Assembly: GCA_965240325.2 (NCBI GenBank)
Contig: OZ251239.1
Span: 1,550,001 to 1,614,000 of the forward strand
Source of the DNA: Rebecca billardiae RCC1528
Lineage: Eukaryota; Protista; Haptophyta
Length of the DNA stretch: 64,000 nt
Direction of reading: 5' to 3'
The notes under the pieces: generated by a model
Databases searched by the model: none
What the model was told of the DNA's origin: nothing
The model's input: only the letters and a program-made list of their open reading frames with translations
In this document: one piece after another, positions 55,162-64,000 of the stretch
How the letters are laid out: each line of letters opens with the position of its first letter
How positions within the stretch are numbered: position 1 is the stretch's first letter
Position numbers and translations under genes: made by a program

Positions 55162-58113
55162 GGCGGCGTGTGCTGGGCTCGGAGCCGAGCGCGGGGGGCC
55201 TCTTTCGCTCTTGCACGCAGATAAAGCGTGCAACCTGTTCAATATTGCGGTCATCGGGGGAGGGCTTCATCCGAGCGCCGAGGACCCCTCTTCTTTCGAT
55301 CCAACTTGAAGACTGGATCGTGTGGGTAAGAAGCGCGCCGGGCACTCGCGAGAAATCGCGGCAGCCCACACATAAGCGGCCGAGAAATCGCTGCGGCCGA
55401 CCGGCGTGTTCTGGCCTTGCACCTCCCCGTTGCTGCGCGGGCGACGATGCCGCGATGCCGCCGCCGCCCGCCCGCTCCGGCCGGCGACTCTGGCATCGTG
55501 GCCGGAGTGACGGCTAGAGCAGAGCGCCGCGCGGCAGAGCGCTGCGCAATCCGCTTGCTGGCCTCGGGCCCCATCGCCGCTGCGCCCGTCGCCGTGGCCA
55601 GCGTCGCGCGCCGTGCACTCACGCACGAGCCCGGCCCTGCCGGCGCGGCGGACGGAACTGCTGCCGGCCGCCCGGGTCACCGCGGGAGCGAGCGGCGAGC
55701 AACGACGGAGAGCTGCACCGCAACGCGCGTGTTCCGGGTTGACGCATCGCCCCCATGCTCTGCGCTGTTGCGCCCAACCCCACGCGCATCGTCCTGGCGC
55801 GCTGCAGGTGTGTCTCGTCACCCAGCACGCGGGGTAGTGTCGCGCGCGAGGACTGCGCGCGTGCACATCGAGGGCTGGCGGGCCCGACGGATGGGGCCCG
55901 AACGAAGGGTGCGACGCGGCGATCTGCCCGAGGTCCAGTCCGAAGCTCACCGCCCGTGCGCGCGCGCTGCCGGTGCGCACAACCGCCCCCGCGAAGGCGC
56001 GGCGCCCGACGCCATGCGAGGGTGCCGCCGAGAGATGGCTGCGTGCGCCCTGCGCGTGGCCGCCGCGCTCCAATGCGGTTTGTCGCGAAGACGCCTTGGC
56101 TCTGGGTCCAGCTCCGAGAGTGGAGAGATTTTACCGGCGAATGCGGGTCGGCCGCTCACTAGCTGCGCGTTCATCTCCCAGCGGTGGTAGAATTACAGAA
56201 TGAGATCGTCAGTTGGAAGCATGCACGGATGGCGCGAGCCGATTGGCTGGGAAGGACGTCGCGACAGCCAGTTTCAATTTTCGCGGGCACAGATAGGAAA
56301 GAGAAGCGTGGGCATCGCGCCGAGGACGCAATCCGAAGATTTTAATCACGTTCGGAAAAGGCGCTCCGCGGCCAATCGCAGCGGGCGCAATCGCGTTGGT
56401 CGTGTGGCTGAAGCGGTAAATTGCTCGCAGTTTTGGTGATCCATTCAAGATACCTTTATCGGGCCTGAAGAATCCAGCCGGCGAGCAAGTGACGAGTCGC
56501 ACGCACTCAAGATACCCTTGCGAAACCATTTCCGGAAAAGTCGTCCGTTATTTGCCGGATTGTGCGGTCCGTGCCAAAAATAGACGCGCATTGACGATGC
56601 ATGCCGCCGGGCGTTGAGCGACTGGCGAGGTCGCCGAATCGCGTGGCGTGGTCCCAGAGAAGGCTGCTGCCAGCCCTGACCAGCTCGCTAGCCATGTCGG
56701 TCGATGATCGCCCTGCCGTTGACAGGCGCGCACACGCCACGCGTACTGCTTAATGCGCGGGCCGGCAGCCGTGTCGGACACGGGCCGGTCGCACCGGCCA
56801 CGACTTCCGCGCAGCCAACATTCAGATCGTCAGACTCACGGCATGTGAGGGCAGACGGAACATTGGTAGGTCTGCGCCCTCGCATGGCATGTCCCAGGTG
56901 TCAGCACGGCCTCCAGAAGGGTGATATTCGCCCACCACTTACCCATCCTTCCCATTGGCACAGCCTCAGCCCTCACGTAAGTCCGACGGCGGCGGCGGCG
57001 TAATGCCGGGTCGCGCGAGGGCGTGGACGTGGACACGAGAGTGGTCGAAAAGTCGGAAGGGAAGCTGTCACTCACGCACACGCGCTCGTATGACCTCACC
57101 AACCTGCCTGCACCACACACACCCGGTGACCCGGCCGTGGCGCTGGGGCCTTGTCTGGGACGGCGCGACACTCTCCGCGAGCTCGGCGCCCGCCCGCCCA
57201 GCCCAGACGGCGGGTACTAGATAACTAGCCGTACTGAGACTACTGTGAGGGGCCCCCAGCCGCAGGGCCAAGGCCAGTATGAGTAGTACAGTAGCCCCGA
57301 GTAGGCGCGTGCGGCCGTGCGGCGAGTGGGTCAGTGATGCGCCCTGAGACCGCGCGCGCGGCGCCCACGAGCCCACGGGCACGGTCGAAGATGCGGGCAG
57401 CCGAACCGCTCACTTAGAGCTAGTTAGATCACATATACATATACATATATATGTATATATATATACTATACATACTATATATAGTATATATAATAATCCC
57501 GATTACTGCCGAGTATTGCATGCGCATATCATCATCATATACGGGCCTCTGGGCCGCCACTATCCGAGGAGGGACACGGCGACACGGTTCTGTCGCGGTT
57601 ACGCGGGTTACGGGTTACAGCAGCCCGCCGGCGGGCCGGGCTGCGGCATCGACTACAAACTCATCTGCTTCATCGCCCAGAGCGCGCTAGGCGGCGCGCT
57701 CACTCTCCAAGCCCCTCTTCTGCAGCTGCGCGCCGCTTGGCCGGCGCGCGGCGACGCGTACTACGACCTCACTTCCTCATCCAGGCGCCCACGCGGGCGC
57801 ACGGGGGCGACAGCCGCGGCTGCCGCTTGCCGGAGCTACTCGCCGCTAGGTCGGCGGGCGGCGACATCGACTACGACCTCACCCTCATCCAAGTGCTCCG
57901 GAATAAGGCGCTCGGCCGCGGCGGCATCTGTCGTCGCCGCCGCGTGCCCCAGGCCGAGGCGGTGCTCCACCCCCGCGGTCCCCGTCCCCGCTCCCGTATG
58001 GGGGCAGGGCTGCGGGTGGCGCACTGTCTGACCTGGACGGAAGGCGCGGATACGCATTCTATGTGTCTGCTGCACTCTGAGCCTGACGCTTGTTCGTTGC
58101 TGCCGCCACGTCG

Positions 58114-58116
<3 letters not shown>

Positions 58117-58203
<87 letters not shown>
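58117..58203. repeat. (TA)n microsatellite
   Basis: About 43 perfect TA units. Confidence 0.98.
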
Positions 58204-58207
<4 letters not shown>

Positions 58208-58275
58208 TATTGAGCAGTGACGGGCCGCCGCGGAATCGGATCAGATTCGTGCCACTCAGCCTGCGACGCCGCCGC

Positions 58276-59700
58276 TCAGAAGTCATAGGGCGGCTCGTCA
58301 TGCCAGCGGCCTGCGGCGGGATCGGCGCCGCGCTGCAGATGCTGCTGCGGCTGCTGGCTGGCCCGCGCCTCGAGCTCGCGCAGGTACTGCAGCGTGGCCT
58401 GGTGCTCAGCCTCATCTCGTGTCGCGGGGCCGCAGCGTGTGCCGCCGCCCGGTGGTGCACCAGTGGTCTCGGCCTCGCCCTCCATGACCAAGCGCAGCAC
58501 GCGCAGGTGCGACGGGTCGGCCGCCTGCTCGGCGAGACGCAGCCGCATGCGCGCGCGCACGAGCTCGGCGCGCATGCGCTCGGTGGCGGCGCGCTCGGCG
58601 GCGAGCTCGGCGGCAGCGTCGGCGTGCCGCGTGTCCACGGCGGGCTCGACCAGCCGGCCGAGCAGCGGGGCAGCTGCGGCATGCTCCCCGCTGCCACTGC
58701 CGCCTGGACCGTCAGCAGGCGGGGCAGTGCGCAGGGCGGGCTGTGCGCGCGCTGCATGCGTCCTGCTCGGCCCCGCGCGCTTGCCCGGCCCATCGCCGCG
58801 GCTGTGCAGGCCAGTGCCGCCCCCGGCAGCAGGGCGACGCGGAGGGCGAGCCTCTGCGCGAGCCGTGGCCTTCGGTGGCTGTGGGTGCGGCTGCGCGCTG
58901 GCAGCAGCGGCAGCTGCTGCTGCCGTGCTGCCACCGTCCCGCTGCAGGCGCCTTCGCTTTACGCTGCCGCCCTGCTGAGGCTCAGGGGCTGCAGCACGCT
59001 TGCGCTCGCGCATGGCGCGATCGCTGATCATGCCGGCCAGCTTGTGTTTGGCGCAGCGACTGAGACGTCTGTCACCCGGCATGCCAAAGGACGGCACCTT
59101 GTCACAGCCGGCATGCTCGCACATGCGGTGCTTCACGTCGACCATGCCGGCCAGCTTGTGCGTGGCGCAGCGGCTGGCACGTGTGTCACCCGGCATGCTG
59201 AAGGACGGCACCTTGTCACAGCCGGCATGCTCGCACCTGCGGTTGTGCACGTTCACCATGCCGGCCAGCTTGTGCGTGGCGCAGCGGCTGGCACGTGTGT
59301 CGCCCGGCATGCCGAAGTGCGGCCGCTTGTCACAGCCGGCATGCTCGCACCTGCGGTTGACCACGTCGACCATGCCGGCCAGCTTGTGCGTGACGCAGCG
59401 GCTGGCGCGTTTGCCGCCCGGCATGCCAAAGGACGGCACCTTGTCACAGCCGGCATGCTCGCACCTGCGGCTCCTCACGTCGACCATGCCGGCCAGCTTG
59501 TGCGTCGCGCAGCGGCTGGCGCGTGTGGCGCCCGGCATGCCGAAGTGCGGATGCTTGTCGCAGCCGGCATGCTCGCACCTGCGGCTGACCACGTCGACCA
59601 TGCCGACCAGCTTGTGCGTGGCGCAGCGGCTGGCACGTGTACCCGGCTTGCCAAACGAAGCATACTTGTCACAACCAGCTCGGCCGCACGTGCTGGGCAT
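58276..59700 (-). CDS. EsV-1-7 cysteine-rich repeat protein (6 x ~38-aa repeats)
   Basis: CEHAGCDKxPxFGMPGxxRASRCATHKLAGMVDV tandem units (114 bp), then basic NLS-like and helical C-terminus. Confidence 0.85.
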   Translation of the reverse strand: MPSTCGRAGCDKYASFGKPGTRASRCATHKLVGMVDVVSRRCEHAGCDKHPHFGMPGATRASRCATHKLAGMVDVRSRRCEHAGCDKVPSFGMPGGKRASRCVTHKLAGMVDVVNRRCEHAGCDKRPHFGMPGDTRASRCATHKLAGMVNVHNRRCEHAGCDKVPSFSMPGDTRASRCATHKLAGMVDVKHRMCEHAGCDKVPSFGMPGDRRLSRCAKHKLAGMISDRAMRERKRAAAPEPQQGGSVKRRRLQRDGGSTAAAAAAAASAQPHPQPPKATARAEARPPRRPAAGGGTGLHSRGDGPGKRAGPSRTHAARAQPALRTAPPADGPGGSGSGEHAAAAPLLGRLVEPAVDTRHADAAAELAAERAATERMRAELVRARMRLRLAEQAADPSHLRVLRLVMEGEAETTGAPPGGGTRCGPATRDEAEHQATLQYLRELEARASQQPQQHLQRGADPAAGRWHDEPPYDF

Positions 59701-60261
59701 CCTCGCGCGCGTCAGCCACGCCGTAGCGTATGCGCCGTGCTACTCGAAGGGAAGCGAAGATCAAGGATAGATCTAAGATCTTGCTGGAGGCTGCCGAGGC
59801 GAGGCCGCCATCGTGCGCCTGGCTTTTGCCTTTCGTTTTTCGAATTTCGCTGGCGGTGAGTGGCGGGCCCTGGCCAGCCTGGCGCAACCTGATTGGCTCT
59901 TCACTCTTCCCTCAGACCCTCTCCCCAAGTCCCCAACCGCAGTACTGTCACCCCGGCCGCCAAGGCTGCGGACACCGCGTCAATAAAGGCGGTAGTGCCT
60001 GCAGTGCTTCGCGAGCAGCTGCAGGCCCAGCGCGCGATTGAGTCGGGACACTTATGTCTACAATGATCCGCGGACCGCCGGCGGCGGCGCCAAGCTGCGT
60101 TGACGCCCGTGTTGGTTACACTGCCGTGTTGACCGCCGACTCAGAGTCTCAGTACACGGCCGGCACTCGGCTTGAGCAGACAGTCATTGGAGGCTCTGGA
60201 CGTGCCGCGAGCACCGGCCCGACAGGCGGGGTCGCGCCGCCTGGCGCGCACGCGCGCGCGC

Positions 60262-60337
60262 CTAGTCGAACAGACCGAAGCCCGTGTCCTCCTCCTCCTC
60301 CGACTCCGGCTCGGGCTCGGCCGCCTTGGCCGCGGCC

Positions 60338-60379
<42 letters not shown>

Positions 60380-61393
60380 ACCGGCGCCGCGGCCGCCGCG
60401 GCCGCGACGAAGGCCTCCGGGTTGTCGATGATCTCCTTGACCTTCTCGATCTGCTCGAAGATGTAGTCCGCCGCGAGGCCGACCGCCGCCAGCTCCTTGA
60501 AGCCGTTGAGCACCGAGTAGGGCAGCGACGCCTCGGTCGGGTAGCCGGTGACGAGCGAGACGGCCGCCACGTTGCCGCAGCCCTGCATGAAGTAGCCGAG
60601 AAGGTCCGCCTCGGAGATGTCGAGGACGGACGGGTCGAAGACGGAGCCGCTCTCGTACACGTGCTTGATCACCAGGCCGTAGTTGAACGGCTTCTTGCCC
60701 AGCTTGTTCAGCAGCGCCGCCTCGGACTGGCCGACCTGCGCAGCGGCGGCAGCACGGCGGCGCACGGGCGGCGGCGGCAGGCGGCAGGCGGGGCGGTGAG
60801 GCGCGCGGCCGCGCCCGCAGAGCGCGTGCCCCCAGGCGGCCCGGCCCGAGCAGCGCCCGCCCGCCCCGCGCGCTGCGCCCGCTGCGCCTTTTGTGCGCAC
60901 GCACCCGCGTGTCCTTCTTGACGACCTGCACGTCCTGGATGATCTCAATGGCGCCCTTGTTGATCTTGGTCGGGATGTTGAGCGCCTGGAAGAAGGAGGT
61001 CTGCGCCGGGTCGAGGCCCGTGGGGCCGGACGGGATGAAGACGTCGACGGGCGCCATCGCCCCCGCGCGCGCCGCGGCGGGCACTTGGTTCTCGTCGATC
61101 ACCTTGCGCACGTCGCCGAGGTCGCCGTTGGTCATCACGAACGCGAGGTTGGTCTTCATGATCTTCACGATCGGCGTGAGGTCGGGGCGCTCGTCGAGCA
61201 TGTTGCTCAGCGCGCGGCGGATCTGGGTGTTCTTACCGTTGAGCACCTCCGCCTTCCCGCGCAGCGTGATCTTGATGTCCTGCATCTGCTTCGAGCCGAC
61301 GTTGTCAACGCCGACGATGAACATGCGCTCATACGTGCCGAACAGCTTCTCGAGCTTGGCGAAGTACTTCTCCTTGCGCGCGCGCGACGGCAT
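60262..61393 (-). CDS. RPLP0: 60S acidic ribosomal protein P0 (uL10); 2 exons, intron 60736-60904
   Basis: VDNVGSKQMQ, GKNT, PAAARAGAMAP, TSFFQALNIPTKI, Ala/Gly hinge, C-terminal EEEEDTGFGLFD. Confidence 0.97.
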
Positions 61394-61763
61394 GGCTGCG
61401 GGCTGTGCAGGCGGGTGTGCTGCTCGGGAGCTTCGGGGGCGGGCGTCGGCACGCGGTCCACGGGCGAGACAGGCGCTTGGCTCTCTGCCGCCGTGCGCGG
61501 GGCAGTATGCTCTGGCGCTGTGCCTTGCTCTTGCTGCGTGAGCGCGCGAGCACGTGGCTGCCACCCGCTTGCTGCTGAATCGCTGCCCACACTTGGGCGT
61601 CAGCATGGCGGCCGTCCGCCATGCTGGAAAAGGATGGGATCACGTGCTCTTGATTCGTCATCGCTTTTGCCTGCGCTCGCGGCCACAAGCCCGGGCTTGC
61701 GTGGAAGTCGGGGCCGACCGACGAGACTCGCGCGCTCGGGAGCGCGCGGCGCGGCGCAGGGCG

Positions 61764-63287
61764 ATGGCGGAGAGCGCCGAGAAGAAGGGCAAGAAGAAGG
61801 CGCGCACCGACGCCGCCGACGCCGACGCCGCCGAGTTCACCATCAAGCCCGACGCCAACCCGCCGCCGATTGACTCGTCGAGCTGGCCGCTGCTGCTCAA
61901 GAACTACGCCAAGCTCAACGTGCGCACGGGGCACTACACGCCGATCCCGTGCGGCCACTCGCCGCTGAAGCGGCCGCTGCGCGAGTACCTCAAGTACGGC
62001 ATCATCAACCTCGACAAGCCCGCCAACCCCTCCTCGCACGAGGTCGTCGCGTGGCTGAAGCGCATCCTGCGCGTGGAGAAGACGGGCCACTCTGGCACGC
62101 TCGACCCCAAGGTGACGGGCTGCCTGATCGTGTGCATCGACCGCGCGACGCGGCTGGTGAAGTCGCAGCAGAACGCGGGGAAGGAGTACATCGCCGTCGT
62201 CCGGCTGCACGAGGCCATCTCCGGCGAGGCCGAGCTCGCCAAGGCGCTGACGACGCTGACGGGCGCGCTCTTCCAGCGGCCGCCGCTCATCTCCGCCGTC
62301 AAGCGCCAGCTGCGCGTGCGCACGATCTACGAGTCGAAGCTGCTCGAGTACGACCCGGAGCGCAAGCTCGGCGTGTTCTGGGTGTCGTGCGAGGCGGGCA
62401 CGTACATCCGCACGCTCTGCGTCCACCTCGGCCTCGTGCTCGGCGTGGGCGGGCACATGCAGGAGCTGCGGCGCAACCGCTCGGGCACGCTGCACGAGGG
62501 CGCGCACATGGTCACGATGCACGACGTCCTCGACGCGCAGTGGCTGTACGACAACAAGAAGGACGAGGCGTACCTGCGCCACGCGATCAAGCCGCTCGAG
62601 CTGCTCCTCACCAACTTCAAGCGGCTCGTCGTCAAGGACTCCGCCGTCAACGCCATCTGCTACGGCGCGAAGCTGATGCTGCCCGGGCTGCTGCGCTTCG
62701 AGTCGGGCGTCGAGGTGGGCGAGGAGGTGGTGCTGATGACCACCAAGGGCGAGGCGGTGGCGGTGGGGATCGCGCAGATGACGACGGCGGACATGGCGCA
62801 CTGCGACCACGGCGTGGTCGCCAAGATCAAGCGCGTGATCATGGACCGCGACACGTACCCGCGCAAGTGGGGCCTCGGCCCCAAGGCGCAGGAGAAGAAG
62901 GCACTGATCGCCGCGGGCAAGCTCGACAAGTTTGGCCGGCCCAACGAGAGCACGCCCGCCGGTTGGACGCAGGGCGGCGCCGCCAACGGCGCCGCGGCGC
63001 CGCCGACGCCGGCGGCCGGCGAGGGCGCCGCGCCGGCGCCCACGCCCGACGCCAAGAAGGAGAAGAAGGAGAAGAAGTCGGAGAAGAAGGAGAAGAAGGA
63101 CCGGGAAAAGGTGCGCGCGGCGCGCGCGCGCGCCCGACCGCGCGCGCGCGCTGGCTGGCTGGCTGGTGCTCACCGCGGCGGCGCGGGCCCCGGCACGCGC
63201 GCGCTCGCGCCCACCTGCGCGCAGACGGACGCGGACGGTGGCAGCGCCGAGCCCGACAAGAAGAAGAAGAAGAAGGACAAGGGATGA
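61764..63287 (+). CDS. DKC1: H/ACA snoRNP pseudouridine synthase dyskerin/Cbf5; probable in-frame intron 63111-63224
   Basis: [49 protein letters not shown] domain, KKE tail. Confidence 0.97.
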   Translation: MAESAEKKGKKKARTDAADADAAEFTIKPDANPPPIDSSSWPLLLKNYAKLNVRTGHYTPIPCGHSPLKRPLREYLKYGIINLDKPANPSSHEVVAWLKRILRVEKTGHSGTLDPKVTGCLIVCIDRATRLVKSQQNAGKEYIAVVRLHEAISGEAELAKALTTLTGALFQRPPLISAVKRQLRVRTIYESKLLEYDPERKLGVFWVSCEAGTYIRTLCVHLGLVLGVGGHMQELRRNRSGTLHEGAHMVTMHDVLDAQWLYDNKKDEAYLRHAIKPLELLLTNFKRLVVKDSAVNAICYGAKLMLPGLLRFESGVEVGEEVVLMTTKGEAVAVGIAQMTTADMAHCDHGVVAKIKRVIMDRDTYPRKWGLGPKAQEKKALIAAGKLDKFGRPNESTPAGWTQGGAANGAAAPPTPAAGEGAAPAPTPDAKKEKKEKKSEKKEKKDREKVRAARARARPRARAGWLAGAHRGGAGPGTRALAPTCAQTDADGGSAEPDKKKKKKDKG

Positions 63288-63535
63288 TGCCCGCGCCCGC
63301 GGCCCGGCCGGGGCCGTACGTCGCGGCGTGACGTAGTGGCTGACGTGCGGCACTGGCGTGCGGTGTGCCACTGGGTGTGTGCGTACAGTCGTGTCATTCA
63401 CTCCAGTGCTGAGCGACGCCAGCGCTGATGAGCGCATCAATCGTCTATGACGACTACGCGATTACTATATTTAAGTACGTACTCGCACTGCCGAATCTGC
63501 ATGCCGATCTCACGCTGTGGCAGCTTGAGTCACTG

Positions 63536-64000
63536 GCGGGTCCAGCGGCCAGATTAATTTTCGAAAAATTACTATGCGCTGCGCGCGCGCCCCTAGGGGG
63601 CGGCGCGCGCGCGCGGCTGGTCCCCCCTGCATGCCCGCACCGTCAGCTGCCTGATTGCCGCTACCCAGCCCCGCTACCGTCGCGCGCGACATCCGCGCCG
63701 TAAATCACCGTCACCGAGCGGTCCTGAGCGCGCCGCCATCAATTTGCTCCTGAGTGATGCCGAAAACTCCTTCTCCGGAAGCCCAGCCTCCTCGCGCAGG
63801 AGCTTGCGCGCCGTCATGCACTCCGCGATCAGGTCGATCGCGTCGGTCTCCGCCCTGCGCTGCCATTCGCCTGCCGCTTGGCGTACTTCTTCAGCCAGAG
63901 CCGCCGCACCTTGTCGCCGAACTCCTCTGCCCACGTCGCAAGCGACACGCGGCGCACGAGCTGCGCGACCGTCGAGATGTGCGGCTCCGCCGTCGACTTC
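63536..64000 (-). mobile_element. Diverged, decayed copy of the 3' end of the CACAG transposon (runs off the window)
   Basis: Colinear with ~28722-29186; 1-bp and 3-bp deletions in the coding part; TIR not seen. Confidence 0.88.

Noticed and set aside
58090-59859. 589-aa plus-strand ORF with IYIY run
   Set aside because: Antisense shadow of the EsV-1-7 gene reading through a TA microsatellite.
61394-61763. snoRNA between RPLP0 and DKC1
   Set aside because: No convincing C/D or H/ACA box arrangement recognised by eye.

Overview
Very GC-rich eukaryotic genomic DNA with short GT-AG introns of the form GTGCGC...GCGCAG. The style resembles a haptophyte such as Diacronema/Pavlova, but that is inference only. 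Recognisable genes: carbohydrate sulfotransferase, enkurin-domain protein, bacterial-type cupin, PhyH-like dioxygenase, axonemal-dynein-light-chain/EF-hand protein, WDR12/YTM1, MFS transporter, chromodomain plus tandem Agenet protein, CDK20-like kinase, EsV-1-7-repeat protein, RPLP0 and dyskerin/CBF5. Four gene pairs are head-to-head. Most notable: (1) a 6.25-kb DNA transposon (28688-34942) with 34-bp CACAG-starting TIRs and a RAG1/Transib/Chapaev-like DDE transposase, plus a decayed second copy; (2) one ORF fusing a Fringe-like GT31 domain to a POFUT-like O-fucosyltransferase domain; (3) a non-coding split-direct-repeat element (38030-39744) holding a 5x64-bp hairpin array with compensatory base changes, inserted inside a TA|CAGT-type terminal repeat; (4) a 1.13-kb foldback element with a 7-bp TSD; (5) a run of frameshifted genes beside TA|CAGT-type ends. 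All calls come from manual motif reading; no searches were run.
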